Positions 51,177 to 62,031 of a stretch of 64,000 nt of DNA are shown here, piece after piece. The stretch is taken from IMG/VR virus record IMGVR_UViG_3300030497_000001; one strand, given 5' to 3'. The translations under genes were made by a program, and so were the position numbers. The notes under the pieces were generated by a model. That model worked only from the letters and a program-made list of their open reading frames with translations. It had not been told where the DNA came from and made no database searches. Positions within the stretch are counted from its first letter, which is position 1. Every line of letters starts with the position of its first letter. This DNA is from a virus.

Positions 51177-52028
51177 TTATAACCTGCTAGACCAATGCTT
51201 TAAATCTACTTTTTCTGCACCTGCCATCATAGCTTTAATGCTGAAATCATAGTTATCTATTAATTCTAGTCGTGCATACTCATCGTATACTTGATATAGA
51301 GTGAAATCCCATACATTTATTTTATTGATAGAATTACTCTTAGAGCACACTGCACTAATGATGTCAGATATATCAATATCCACATCTTCATTTTGCAGTT
51401 TCTTTTTTGCTTTTACTCTCTCTCGGTTTTTCTTGATTTGTTCTGCTAGTAGTCTTGTTTCTTCATTGGCAGGATTATCAAACTCATCATCTGTTCTGTC
51501 ATCCATTTTCATTAAATAGTTCTGCATCTTAATAACTTCAACGATTTTGTCAAAATTATCTCTATGTATGAGCTTAATATTATCTTCCGATATACTTTCA
51601 AGCTTCTCGCCATTGACTTGAATCATTCCAAATTCGTCTTCATATAAGACTCCCATTTTCATAAAGTCAATAGCTAAAACGTTCTCATCTAAAAAACGGA
51701 TATCATCCGTTCTTAACAAGACTGATAACGCTACCAAGAGAATATTTTGAAAATCTTCTCCACCAAGTTTGACGTAAAAGTCAAATGCTTTTAGATTCTT
51801 TTTTTCAACCTCTAGTATCATTCTTTTCTCTAAATCTTTGACTGAATCCATAAAGTCTTCAACTGTTAATGAAAGCAGTTGTAAACTTCGCATATAATTT
51901 GAGTACCCATAATTTTTGATTTCTTCCATCGTATATGGGATAATCTCAATATTGTCAACTGTAATACTACTACCACTTAGTAGAATTAGTTTAACGTCAA
52001 CATCTTTTAACCCCTTGTAATCTCTCAT
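51177..52028 (-). CDS. hypothetical structural-module protein
   Basis: ORF in the head-tail joining region. No recognisable domain. Confidence 0.5.
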   Translation of the reverse strand: MRDYKGLKDVDVKLILLSGSSITVDNIEIIPYTMEEIKNYGYSNYMRSLQLLSLTVEDFMDSVKDLEKRMILEVEKKNLKAFDFYVKLGGEDFQNILLVALSVLLRTDDIRFLDENVLAIDFMKMGVLYEDEFGMIQVNGEKLESISEDNIKLIHRDNFDKIVEVIKMQNYLMKMDDRTDDEFDNPANEETRLLAEQIKKNRERVKAKKKLQNEDVDIDISDIISAVCSKSNSINKINVWDFTLYQVYDEYARLELIDNYDFSIKAMMAGAEKVDLKHWSSRL

Positions 52029-52034
52029 GATGCA

Positions 52035-52532
52035 TCACGTTTCTACAGTGAAATAATCACTATATAGTCTGATAGCATCAAATTTTTCATTGACTGCAAG
52101 ATGTTGGAAACCATTAAATTTAAGTTTGATGCCATTTCCAACAGCTCTTTGACCAACCATGTTTGTTACTCTTGCTAGAATTTCATAAGGACGAATCATC
52201 GAACCCTCAATCAACCATAGGCTTTTCGCACAGATAATATCAATGTGAAGTCTTGTTTCTGCAATAACTTCATTCTCATTGAACTCTGCATCGTTGTAAT
52301 AAACACGAATGTAAGAACCGTCTTGTGTGGTTGCATCAACCTCAAATGGGAATGGTTTAATTTTGCAATTTACGCTCTTAGGATTAACTAAGTCGTAAGG
52401 ATTTTTGATTACTGGTATACTAGTATCAAATGGGTCATACTGATTATTAATTAATAGTTTTACTAACCCTTCATTGTTACATAAAGTCTTCATAACTTTT
52501 ACTACATTTTTAGATAGCGAATCTAATCTCAT
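52035..52532 (-). CDS. putative tail terminator / tail completion protein
   Basis: Call is by position only. ATG at 52532 forms a TAATG overlap with the upstream stop. Confidence 0.4.
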   Translation of the reverse strand: MRLDSLSKNVVKVMKTLCNNEGLVKLLINNQYDPFDTSIPVIKNPYDLVNPKSVNCKIKPFPFEVDATTQDGSYIRVYYNDAEFNENEVIAETRLHIDIICAKSLWLIEGSMIRPYEILARVTNMVGQRAVGNGIKLKFNGFQHLAVNEKFDAIRLYSDYFTVET

Positions 52533-53290
52533 TACCAAATATCCCCCTCACCGTTGTCTACTGGTGGCTCTGTGCTAGGTTGCTCTTTGTAATTGTTGTA
52601 AGCAATTCCATTCACAAAGTCATCTTCGTCACGCTTAGTTGCTAATTTAATCGTAAATTGCATTAGTCCGAATCCGTTTCTAGATACGCCTGTTGTGTCA
52701 TCCACACCAGATACTTCATAAACGTTGCTACCAAATATAAATCTCTGATTCAATCTGATATGTTTAGTAGTATCATTCAGCTCAACGAAAACAAACAATT
52801 GACCGATTGGCAAACGTACATCGTACTTATTCCAATAGATATCATTCTTACTTTGTTTTGCCTTTGACCCTAAATCTGTTGCCCCTGCAACACATTCAAA
52901 CTCATGGATGTTACCGCTTTCATCTTTCCACTTCAAACTACGATTACATTTTTGTGCTAACATCTTAATACTAGTAGAACCTGTTCCACCGTACTTATCG
53001 AATAATAGCCATGTATCGCCATCGAACTTTACATATGTGCCTATTCCCAAACTCTCGTTTGGTTTGAATATCACTTCTCGTAGAGAACCCATTCTCTCTA
53101 CCTCTACAACCCTAGAATCCATATTCTTGATATCTGGAAATTCTGTACTAACAACTTCCAATACCCTAAATGTAGGAGACTTGTGGAATGTAGCTTCTAT
53201 AAAAGCAATGGTGTTATTCTTGTAGACTTCGCCTACATCTTTACCGCTACGATTTAAACGTCTTCTGTATTTTCCAATGTGGTCACTCAT
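52532..53290 (-). CDS. putative head-tail joining / neck protein
   Basis: Call is by position only. GAGGGTG RBS. Confidence 0.4.
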   Translation of the reverse strand: MSDHIGKYRRRLNRSGKDVGEVYKNNTIAFIEATFHKSPTFRVLEVVSTEFPDIKNMDSRVVEVERMGSLREVIFKPNESLGIGTYVKFDGDTWLLFDKYGGTGSTSIKMLAQKCNRSLKWKDESGNIHEFECVAGATDLGSKAKQSKNDIYWNKYDVRLPIGQLFVFVELNDTTKHIRLNQRFIFGSNVYEVSGVDDTTGVSRNGFGLMQFTIKLATKRDEDDFVNGIAYNNYKEQPSTEPPVDNGEGDIW

Positions 53291-53292
53291 GG

Positions 53293-53610
53293 TTATTCAC
53301 CCTCTTCAAGCTTACCAATCATATTCTTAATGATATTGATACACTTGAATACTTCTCTCTTTACAGTAGCTTTTTTACTCTGCTCTCTACCCATCTCTTT
53401 CTTCACAGATTCAAGAGTTGATAGCAGTGAAATATATTCATAGCTATGCTGAATTTCTACAGCTTCTTGCAAGCCGTATAGTTCAAATAGTAAAGATTCA
53501 ACATAAGTTGTTACGCCCACATTTTGTTCCTCATACAATGGTAAAACTTTAAATACACTGTTTACTATAGAATTTAAATAGATTACTAGCTTTTCATTGT
53601 CTTGTATCAT
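53293..53610 (-). CDS. putative head-tail adaptor (small helical protein)
   Basis: Call is by position. ATGA overlap with the upstream gene. Confidence 0.4.
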   Translation of the reverse strand: MIQDNEKLVIYLNSIVNSVFKVLPLYEEQNVGVTTYVESLLFELYGLQEAVEIQHSYEYISLLSTLESVKKEMGREQSKKATVKREVFKCINIIKNMIGKLEEGE

Positions 53611-54068
53611 TTAAAATTCTCCTTATCTAAGTTGAAGTACGTGTATTCTGTAATCATTTTAGTTGCTTCTGTTCTAAACATTCTGTATAATAGATTTAAT
53701 TCTCGTAATTGATTTGCCTGTGAATAGATTCTGAAATCTTTATCACTTAATGATTGCTTGATTACTTCACTTGATAGAACCTGTGGTTTCATGTATTCTA
53801 CAATCATAAGGACTGTTAGAACCTCTATTTCAAAAGGCGTTAACTCTGAAACGAACATATATTCTTCTTCATCATTCATTACTATTTTTAAATTATTGTT
53901 ACACTTATAGAATCTTACAGTTGCAGACTTTAGATACCCCATTAACTCTTCATTAATTTCATCATCTGTGATATTTACAGATAGGAAACTATAATCCGAA
54001 ATTTTGGATAGAAAGTTGTCGAATACTTCTGATACACTTGTTGGATTTACTGGTACTAATTCTGACAT
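53607..54068 (-). CDS. putative head-tail connector protein
   Basis: Position downstream of the capsid gene. AAGGGTG RBS. Confidence 0.4.
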   Translation of the reverse strand: MSELVPVNPTSVSEVFDNFLSKISDYSFLSVNITDDEINEELMGYLKSATVRFYKCNNNLKIVMNDEEEYMFVSELTPFEIEVLTVLMIVEYMKPQVLSSEVIKQSLSDKDFRIYSQANQLRELNLLYRMFRTEATKMITEYTYFNLDKENFK

Positions 54069-54080
54069 TGTAAATCACCC

Positions 54081-54785
54081 TTAATTATGGTCTACATAGA
54101 TAATATTTTGTACGCCTGTGTCTGTTTCCAGTGCGATGTCGCTAATTGGTGCATTATCATCTAATGAGAACTTAAATTTTTCTTCAATCAAGTTTTTAAC
54201 ATGCAGACTGTCTAAACGTCTTGCACTATATAATTGTTGTGCTCTATTGACAAATGTATTAATCATTCCGTCTGGTAGACTGTTAATAATCGCTTCTAGT
54301 TTATCTACTGGATAGCTAAATACTTCATCAAATGTTTCTGGTGAAACAATCTTTTCAATATTTTTGTATAATTCAGCTAATCTAAATTCTTCAACCACTG
54401 CTCTATCACGAATGATAATCCAACCTTCTAAGAAGTAACGTGGATATTTATTCATCATTGCTACTAATTCGCCATATGGGATTTTATCCTTTTGACCAAA
54501 TTGAGTAAACTTCCAGAACTTATTGCTAGTTTCAGAACGATAGATAATTGTACCTGTTGAACCACTCATCACAGGAATCTTGTCAGAATCCGCATGACTT
54601 GCTTCTTCTTCTAATAAGTCTTCATCTTCTAATCTTTCTGCATCTTTTTCTTCTGCCTTGATTAACAGTTTAAGTTTTGCATTTGTATATGGATTACCGT
54701 TAGCATCGAATTTTAAATCTTCTTTTTCGTAACCGTATTCTTCCACCAAAATGTTAATTAAATCTTGTTTCTTTAATTGTGCCAT
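54081..54785 (-). CDS. hypothetical head-module protein (SAP/Rho-N-like N-terminus)
   Basis: N-terminal LKKQDLINILVEEYG helix-extended-helix-like segment followed by an acidic linker. Confidence 0.45.
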   Translation of the reverse strand: MAQLKKQDLINILVEEYGYEKEDLKFDANGNPYTNAKLKLLIKAEEKDAERLEDEDLLEEEASHADSDKIPVMSGSTGTIIYRSETSNKFWKFTQFGQKDKIPYGELVAMMNKYPRYFLEGWIIIRDRAVVEEFRLAELYKNIEKIVSPETFDEVFSYPVDKLEAIINSLPDGMINTFVNRAQQLYSARRLDSLHVKNLIEEKFKFSLDDNAPISDIALETDTGVQNIIYVDHN

Positions 54786-54842
54786 ATTTATTTATCTCCT
54801 TTTATCCCCTTGTTTTTTGTCCGAAAACATCATATAATATAG

Positions 54843-54859
54843 GAGAGGGAAACCCTCTC
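54843..54859 (-). terminator. GC-rich hairpin after the capsid gene (terminator or mRNA stabiliser)
   Basis: GAGAGGG-TTT-CCCTCTC on the minus strand. The downstream tail is only moderately U-rich. Confidence 0.45.
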
Positions 54860-54884
54860 ACTATATCAATTTAGAAACCTACTC

Positions 54885-55955
54885 TTAGTAAACTTCATAA
54901 CCTTGTGCTACTGGTGGTGCAGGTTGCATAGAACTTGTAACACCGCTATCAGCAAGTTTGATGAAGCCGAATACTTTTGTAGTGATGATTGCTACACCGA
55001 AACGGTTTGCAATGAAGTATTCTTGCATCATGTCGCTAGATACGCCTGCTTGTTGGTCTTGGATGATTGAGTCACCTTCGTTTACAATCTTAACCATTTT
55101 ATCAGCAGATTGAGGTAATACTAGTAACATGTTGTTGTCGATTACGAATGAATCAGTATCGTAGTCGTGAGATTGTTCGATTTCACGTAAGTCAATACCT
55201 GCGATTGTTCCGTAGTAACCTACTTTGTTACGAGCATCGTTCATAGCTTCTGTGATTGTACCCTGTGCAGGAGCTAATCTACGTAGAGCTAATTTAGTTC
55301 CGTATACTGCAACTTTCTCACCTGTACGAGCTTCAATGTGCATTGCTAACTCAATTAGGTCTTGCTCTGTTAAGTTACCGCTCATGTGGTATGTACCGTT
55401 GTAACGTCCGTAAGAAGCTAAGATAGCTCTGTAGATACGTTTAGTTAACTCACGTTGGAATGATTCAGCGATTAAGCCCATTAATTCAGCCCATTGTACA
55501 CGACCTGCTAAGAAGCGGTGGAAGTCTTCACCGATTTTGATTGCGTAAGTGTCTAAGCTCACTGCGAACTCTTGACCATCACGTAATCTTTGACGTCTGA
55601 TATTACCGTTACCATCAGATACTAATGATACTCGGAAGATATTCTTCACTGGTACTTTGAATAAGTTTTCGTCACCCCATGCTAGGTTACGATATTCTGC
55701 GAAACCATCAAATTGAGATTTTAAACCTTCTTGTAAAGTTTCATTTACGATTTCTTCTAAAATCTCGAAGATTTCTACTTTATGCTTACGCATAGTTTTA
55801 CGTGGGATTTCCACACGACCTTTTGCATCTTCTACAGAGAACTCCATTAAGTCTGCGAAAGCTTTACGTAATGTATCGTTTGCTTCGTTTGCAGAGAAAT
55901 TTTGTACTCTACCTTTTGCTAGGTCTACTCCTAATTTAACAATAGTTTTACTCAT
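54885..55955 (-). CDS. major capsid protein
   Basis: 356-aa protein with a strong AGGAGG RBS. Positioned after the protease/scaffold gene and followed by a hairpin. Confidence 0.65.
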   Translation of the reverse strand: MSKTIVKLGVDLAKGRVQNFSANEANDTLRKAFADLMEFSVEDAKGRVEIPRKTMRKHKVEIFEILEEIVNETLQEGLKSQFDGFAEYRNLAWGDENLFKVPVKNIFRVSLVSDGNGNIRRQRLRDGQEFAVSLDTYAIKIGEDFHRFLAGRVQWAELMGLIAESFQRELTKRIYRAILASYGRYNGTYHMSGNLTEQDLIELAMHIEARTGEKVAVYGTKLALRRLAPAQGTITEAMNDARNKVGYYGTIAGIDLREIEQSHDYDTDSFVIDNNMLLVLPQSADKMVKIVNEGDSIIQDQQAGVSSDMMQEYFIANRFGVAIITTKVFGFIKLADSGVTSSMQPAPPVAQGYEVY

Positions 55956-55985
55956 TTTTGTTTTCCTCCTTATAATTTGCTAGAA

Positions 55986-56492
55986 TTAGTTGCGTGCAAC
56001 TTGTACAGCAAATGCTCCCATAGTTACGTCTAATTCAAAACCTGCATCTTCAATTACTGTGAAAGTAACTTTTGCATCTACAGCTTTGTTTGTTGTGTCT
56101 TCTTTGATTAATTTACCGTCTTTACCTGCGATTAAAACATCTCCAACTTTTACAGTACCGTTGAATAGGTCAGTAGTTAATGTGATGATATCTCCATCGT
56201 ATAAACGGTAAGCACGTGCTACTTTACCTGCACGAATACGGAAGTCTGCTAGTTTGTATTTTCTTTCGTCATACATAACCTCTGAATTGTGAATTAAGTA
56301 TACTTCCTTGATGTGGTCGCCTGCCTTAGTTAAGTTAGCTTTTTTAGTCTCACGACCAACTAGTAAACCACCGATTGTAACGAATACACCGTTTGTAATT
56401 TCTAAAGTCTTGTCTGCTGAATCATGAACGATTACAGATTCTAAGTTACCGTTGTAACCTGCTAATAGTTTATCTTTTCTTACGATAGCCAT
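55986..56492 (-). CDS. putative head decoration / capsid accessory protein
   Basis: 168-aa beta-rich protein encoded between the scaffold and capsid genes. AGGAGG RBS. Confidence 0.4.
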   Translation of the reverse strand: MAIVRKDKLLAGYNGNLESVIVHDSADKTLEITNGVFVTIGGLLVGRETKKANLTKAGDHIKEVYLIHNSEVMYDERKYKLADFRIRAGKVARAYRLYDGDIITLTTDLFNGTVKVGDVLIAGKDGKLIKEDTTNKAVDAKVTFTVIEDAGFELDVTMGAFAVQVARN

Positions 56493-56517
56493 TATTTTTT
56501 CCTCCTAATAATTTCAA

Positions 56518-57912
56518 TTATTTATTAAATTTTTCGAATAAGTCACCATATGGATTATATGATTTGTTATCCTTTTGGTCTTTTTCGTTTCCTAATTGGA
56601 TACGAACAGTTTCCTTTTCTTTCTCTTTAGAGAATTGTTTTTTGCTTGCGAAAGCTTTGCGACCTAATAGGCTGTAGCATTTTTCCTCAACTTGTTCTAA
56701 AGTGATTTCCATTGCTTGTGCTTTAAGTTCTGCAACTCCTTCATCCTCATCTGTTAAACCTAGTTCTGCGATAGCTTCAAATACTTTTTCTTCATGCTGT
56801 GCATCTTCTACTGCTTTCTTGAAAGCTAATAGTTTAGCATTATCTGCTTTAAGTGACTTGATTTCATCTAAAAGAGCATCGTAATCTTCTTGTGAGAATT
56901 TACCTTTTTTCTTCTTCTTATCTTCGTCATCTTCTTCTTCATCTTTTTTATCAGATGGAGCTTCGTCTTTTTTATCAGCAGGCTTTTCTTCTTTCTTGTC
57001 AGATGGTTTTTCCTCATCTTTCTTGTCAGAAGGCTTTTCCTCCTTGTCATCTTTAGACTTAGCTTTGTCTTCTGGCTTTTCCTCTTTAGGAGCATCCTCT
57101 TTTTTATCTTCTGGTTTTTCTTCTTTGTCATCTTTTTTCTTCTTAGCGAAGTCAGAGATAACAGTTTCTAAAGCATCACCTTCGATACCTTCAATAACAA
57201 CTCCTGCTGATTGTAGCTCATCAACTGTAATAGAATATTTTTCTAGTAATTCTTGTAAAGTCAAATTAATAACCTCCTTCTCTTCTTTTAAAGAAACTTT
57301 TAGTTCATTCAACATTTGAGAGAACTCTTCTTTGAATGAATCTCTATTTAATGAATAACCTACAATGTTTGCATCTTCAAAGGCAGGTTCAACATCGTCA
57401 CCTAGTATGCATAAAGCAGAGAAAACGAAGTCATCAATTCTGTATGCTTCTTCTTCTTCTACCCATTCACCACTAGTTACTTCAATTTCCATTGATTGAC
57501 CTTTGCCTTTATCTACAACACTGAAAGTCTCTTCATATCTACCTGTCCATAAATAACAGCCGTTGATAACTAGATACTCACGTACCGTACCATCCGCACT
57601 CTTAACAGTTTCCCATTCATATGTAGCTGATTCTGGAACAACACCATAAGGCTTTGTAGTATGCATAAATTTGTATGAATCTAAATCTAATCTACCGCCA
57701 TGACCTTTGTAGTCTTGATTCTCTACTAAAAACTCACCTACGATTGGGATGTTGTAAATAGTTGGCATCGCCTTATCTACCGCTTCTCTTGGAATGATAG
57801 ACATGTTACGATTCTTCCCTGTGTACAACACTCTTACTTTACAGGTGGAGAAAAGTGGGTTTACTTGTTTGACTTCACTAATACTAGATTGGAAGTCTAG
57901 TCTCTTTCCCAT
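56518..57912 (-). CDS. putative prohead protease-scaffold fusion with K/E/D/P-rich repeat linker
   Basis: Globular N-terminal ~190 aa, an (EEKPxDKK)n low-complexity region (about nt 56905-57130), and a C-terminal coiled coil. Positioned after the portal gene. Confidence 0.5.
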   Translation of the reverse strand: MGKRLDFQSSISEVKQVNPLFSTCKVRVLYTGKNRNMSIIPREAVDKAMPTIYNIPIVGEFLVENQDYKGHGGRLDLDSYKFMHTTKPYGVVPESATYEWETVKSADGTVREYLVINGCYLWTGRYEETFSVVDKGKGQSMEIEVTSGEWVEEEEAYRIDDFVFSALCILGDDVEPAFEDANIVGYSLNRDSFKEEFSQMLNELKVSLKEEKEVINLTLQELLEKYSITVDELQSAGVVIEGIEGDALETVISDFAKKKKDDKEEKPEDKKEDAPKEEKPEDKAKSKDDKEEKPSDKKDEEKPSDKKEEKPADKKDEAPSDKKDEEEDDEDKKKKKGKFSQEDYDALLDEIKSLKADNAKLLAFKKAVEDAQHEEKVFEAIAELGLTDEDEGVAELKAQAMEITLEQVEEKCYSLLGRKAFASKKQFSKEKEKETVRIQLGNEKDQKDNKSYNPYGDLFEKFNK

Positions 57913-57930
57913 TTTTTCTTTTCACCTCCT

Positions 57931-59451
57931 TTAAGCATTAGCGTTAGGCTTATCCTGCCCTCTCGCTGTCTCATCTGAAACCTTTTTAGGGTCTTTCTTA
58001 GGTCTACCATCTTCTGCATTCTGAACGCCTGCTACGCCCTCTGCACCCATTGTGTGAGATGACATTAGAGGAATAAATTCTTCATGCATTTCTAGTAAAT
58101 CATTTTCCAAGTAAGCCATGTTCATAGTTTCGATTGGGTCTAAACCAACCACTGCACTAACATGATTCTTTACTGGAATACCATATTGAGCGGATGTTAG
58201 ATACATCTGGAACATCTCATCTCTATTAAAATGAGTTACGTGTAAGATTTGTGCATTGAACATCAAATCTGAAAACTCAAATTTTAAATATCTATTAACC
58301 CATCTCTGGATTTGTGTAAGCACTCCAAACACGATTTCTTCATCTGTCTTGATAGACATCATTAAACCCTGTGAAGTTGACTTATCTGCATTGAATAATA
58401 ATTGAGAAACCCCAAGACCGCTCCATAAGTCACGTTCTGCTTTCGCAACACCGTCACTATCAGCTCTGTCTCTGTCGAATTTAACTGGTTCAATTTTCAT
58501 TGGAGATGTAATTACTCCTACGTTTTCTGGCACTGTATCAGAAGCCATATCGTGGAAGAATCTCATCATCTTTTCGTCAATCATAAAGTCATTGTTATTA
58601 TCACTGTCTTTACGCATTGGCAATTCTTGTGTAAGAATCATATAGTTTCCTAATTCTTCTTTATCTTTACGAAGTTGTTTAAATCCTTCGATATCAAAAA
58701 TCGCATCGAATGAACCTGCAAATGGTGGGAATGACTCTAGCATATCCTCATTAATTTTGATACAAATTGTATTTTCTGGGCTAAGTTCTACGAATGATTC
58801 AAGCTGTGAATTGTTGCCCCTCATTCCTTTAGTTCTCTTCCATTGTCTGTATTTGACTTGGATTTCCTTGCCATACATTTGTAATCTAGTTTCATCTTTT
58901 TCAAAATATCTCATGTCAATACTGTAGTTAAATACGCCATCTTCAATAGACGTGATTTGACAAATATTAGCATCAATATGTTGAATGTAGAATGATTTCT
59001 TATCTCTGTGAATATATCCAAAGAAAGTATCTTCACGAAATGCGATTTTTAAAACCTTTGTCATTTCATGTCGAAGATTCATAAGCTTTAACAGTTCACC
59101 AATTTGAGTATACTGTTTAATAACTTTAGCTTTATTAGCTTTCTTGATATCCTTAATAGGAGCGATAATGTGTGCAAATAACGCCATTCCAGAAAGATAG
59201 AATAACAATCTCTGGTATTGTGGACTCTTCGCAAACAAGATATTTGAAATCTCTCTCAACTTCTCTTGGTTCTTAGGCATCTTGTAGTTTTCTACAATTT
59301 CTCGTACTTCACTCTGCTTATATTTCTTTAGCATTCTGCGACCTTCTCTAGATTTAGATAAGTCATTAACCATAAGTTTTGCGAACGCCATACTGTCAAA
59401 TGTCATTGCTATCGGTCTTTCGACCTTTTCATTACTGTTTTGTTCTGTCAT
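57931..59451 (-). CDS. portal protein
   Basis: ~506 aa, directly downstream of TerL. ATG at 59451 lies 5 nt after AGGAGGTG. Confidence 0.7.
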   Translation of the reverse strand: MTEQNSNEKVERPIAMTFDSMAFAKLMVNDLSKSREGRRMLKKYKQSEVREIVENYKMPKNQEKLREISNILFAKSPQYQRLLFYLSGMALFAHIIAPIKDIKKANKAKVIKQYTQIGELLKLMNLRHEMTKVLKIAFREDTFFGYIHRDKKSFYIQHIDANICQITSIEDGVFNYSIDMRYFEKDETRLQMYGKEIQVKYRQWKRTKGMRGNNSQLESFVELSPENTICIKINEDMLESFPPFAGSFDAIFDIEGFKQLRKDKEELGNYMILTQELPMRKDSDNNNDFMIDEKMMRFFHDMASDTVPENVGVITSPMKIEPVKFDRDRADSDGVAKAERDLWSGLGVSQLLFNADKSTSQGLMMSIKTDEEIVFGVLTQIQRWVNRYLKFEFSDLMFNAQILHVTHFNRDEMFQMYLTSAQYGIPVKNHVSAVVGLDPIETMNMAYLENDLLEMHEEFIPLMSSHTMGAEGVAGVQNAEDGRPKKDPKKVSDETARGQDKPNANA

Positions 59452-59462
59452 ATTTGCACCTC

Positions 59463-61151
59463 CTATCCCCAACTCTTAACACGATAGTTTGCTTTCTTCA
59501 CAGCGAAGAAGCCTGTCGCATCGTAAGTTTCTCTTTGTCTTTCTTTATTTTTCTTTTCTAGTAAGTACAGATAGAATAAGCCATAAGCAAAGGCAGAATA
59601 TCTATCTTTCTCTACGCTTCTAGAAATTTGTTTAACGCTTGTTTTATTACCACTTTGTACATATTCAAGGTTCATGATTTCGTCTACCATTCTATCTATT
59701 TGGATAAATGGAATTAGTTGTTCACCTAAAAGCGTTGGGTCTTGCTCTTTAATAATCCCACGCATATTGCTTTCTGATTTAAGCATGAATACATCTTTGT
59801 TGGCAATTGTTGCCATAAATACGTTTACAATATCACTGTTATTAGTATCTCTTGATTGTGCTGAAATTAAGTACAACATTGGAATACTGTTAGGACGTTT
59901 GTATTTATCGTATCTATCATCATTAATTACAGAGTATGGAGGGTTTCCATCAATCTCTGTTACCAGAATATCCGTTACCGCTCTACCGATACCGTTGTGG
60001 TCGAGAACTAGTACGCTTGCATTATACTCTACTACTTTTTGTTTCAAGAATAATGCCTGCTCATGGAAGTGAGTACCTTCCATTACGAACATATTAACTA
60101 AGAACTTCTGATAAGTTCCGTCACCTCTTGGTAAGCATTTAAATACCGCTAGAGATGAGTTAGCCGTTTGTTTACCTTCTGCACGTGCAATATCGTAAGA
60201 TAATACGTACATAGCATCCTTGGCTTTCTTATCGGCTCTAAATTCTGCTTTCTTCTCTGTTCTACATCTATTAATATCTTCAACTGTTACAAGAGATTTT
60301 TCACTTGAACCAGTAAAGATACTACGATACTCTCTATCAAATGATAGTGGAGAATATGTAGCAGAGTTAATTTTTTCCGTTACGTCATCTAAATCTAATG
60401 TACCGAATCTTGCACCCATTTCATAAGAACTACCTAATACGATTGTTGGTTTACCATCAACCATTTCATTAAATAATTCCATGTACTTCTCGTAACAATA
60501 TGATTGTTTGTGAGAAGCAGTTGTAATGTAAGCTTGTGTCTTAGAATACTCATTTGGGTCTGCACCATGTCTTGTCATACGTGGTTGTGCTAGAATTGGA
60601 AGGATAACGTTGTTTATCGTATCTCTATCCATTTTCTCATCGACAATCTCTTCTAACGCAATACTGTTAGCACGTAGACCACGTGATGATTCTCCAACTG
60701 TTAATGTATCTAATGAAGAACCATTGCGAAATACTAATCTCACATAGTCCTTCTGGAACTTACATTTCTCAAAGATTACCTCATTCTTTAATAGAGGATA
60801 ATCTGTCCAAAGCTCTTCAACTTTTTCCTCAACTACTTTCGCACTTTGAGTTTTAGTTGGCATCGCTAAACAGATGCTAGAGTTTGGATACATAATGCAC
60901 TTTAAGTAATGTGCCATTACGTCTATGTATGTCTTTGAAATACCACGACTTGCAACAATTCCTACTTTCTTTTTTCTAAAGAAAGCTCTTAGGAATACTC
61001 TTTGGAAAGGGGTTAATCTAAATCGTGTATTTTCAGTTCTAATAAAATCAATAAAATAATCTGGATATTCCCTAAAGAATGAAAGAGCTTTTTTAAACTC
61101 TTCTTTCACTTGGTCATATGAGCTAATGCCTTTATTCGTCTGATTCGTCAC
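59463..61151 (-). CDS. terL: terminase large subunit
   Basis: Walker-A-like VASRGISKT, Walker-B-like acidic segment, C-terminal nuclease-like region. GTG start after GAGG. Confidence 0.8.
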   Translation of the reverse strand: MTNQTNKGISSYDQVKEEFKKALSFFREYPDYFIDFIRTENTRFRLTPFQRVFLRAFFRKKKVGIVASRGISKTYIDVMAHYLKCIMYPNSSICLAMPTKTQSAKVVEEKVEELWTDYPLLKNEVIFEKCKFQKDYVRLVFRNGSSLDTLTVGESSRGLRANSIALEEIVDEKMDRDTINNVILPILAQPRMTRHGADPNEYSKTQAYITTASHKQSYCYEKYMELFNEMVDGKPTIVLGSSYEMGARFGTLDLDDVTEKINSATYSPLSFDREYRSIFTGSSEKSLVTVEDINRCRTEKKAEFRADKKAKDAMYVLSYDIARAEGKQTANSSLAVFKCLPRGDGTYQKFLVNMFVMEGTHFHEQALFLKQKVVEYNASVLVLDHNGIGRAVTDILVTEIDGNPPYSVINDDRYDKYKRPNSIPMLYLISAQSRDTNNSDIVNVFMATIANKDVFMLKSESNMRGIIKEQDPTLLGEQLIPFIQIDRMVDEIMNLEYVQSGNKTSVKQISRSVEKDRYSAFAYGLFYLYLLEKKNKERQRETYDATGFFAVKKANYRVKSWG

Positions 61152-62031
61152 TTGGCATTACCTCTTCTCTCCATCCAACAGGAGGTTCGGTACTAGCAGG
61201 TTTACCAACTAGTCTCTGTGCGAATTGCATATACCACATTAACATGTAGTCAATGTCATCTTTTGGTGTATCAATCATTTGTGGAGGAACGAATCCCTCT
61301 CTTTCGATTTCTGCCCAAACTTGTGCGAATGAGAAAAGACCAGTTGCTTCCGAACCAGACTTTTTATCTACAGGTCGCATACCTGCTGATTTAAGAATGA
61401 TATCGTACTCTTTGTTAATCTTTGAATAAAGAGTAAAGTCTTTAATCGCTAAAGCGTTATCTGCTTCTACAGATAGTTTCGCTAATTGCTTTAACATATG
61501 TTTGTGGTTAGTAGTTTTAACCTCATATGTCATCATCATATCTTGATAGAATTTCTCTAATCGAAGATACTCATGCTTTTTGTATCCTACACCCCATCTT
61601 GAAATTAGGGAGTCGGAATACCTAATAATTTCTCCGTCCTCTGTTTCTATTTCATCGGAAATTTGTGAAGCTTGAAAATCAATTGTTGTGCCTGCACCGA
61701 CAATATCACTATTGTCAAATGTTTTGTTTTTAACTTGATTTAAAGAATTGATTTTTCTAATATATTCTCCTAATGGATGATTCTTAGATTGAAGTGCTTC
61801 GTTCCAATAATCTTGAATGAACGGCTTGTCTATTTGTCGTAAGAAGCTAATTACTTGCTCCATATCATTTACATCTACTTGCTTACGTACACAGTCACGA
61901 CAAGTGTTAATCATTCCATCTGGGAATAAAGGACTGTCTACTTTGAAGAAAAATGTTGTAGCTTTTTCTTTGCCACATGACGAACATTTCTTCTTGGGAG
62001 TAGATTCTGTTTTTCTTTTTCTAGTGCTCAC
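61132..62031 (-). CDS. putative terminase small subunit / DNA-binding protein with N-terminal zinc ribbon
   Basis: CSSCGKEK...CRDC. Positioned upstream of terL and overlapping it. GTG at 62031 lies 10 nt after AAAGGAG. Confidence 0.4.
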   Translation of the reverse strand: MSTRKRKTESTPKKKCSSCGKEKATTFFFKVDSPLFPDGMINTCRDCVRKQVDVNDMEQVISFLRQIDKPFIQDYWNEALQSKNHPLGEYIRKINSLNQVKNKTFDNSDIVGAGTTIDFQASQISDEIETEDGEIIRYSDSLISRWGVGYKKHEYLRLEKFYQDMMMTYEVKTTNHKHMLKQLAKLSVEADNALAIKDFTLYSKINKEYDIILKSAGMRPVDKKSGSEATGLFSFAQVWAEIEREGFVPPQMIDTPKDDIDYMLMWYMQFAQRLVGKPASTEPPVGWREEVMPSDESDE

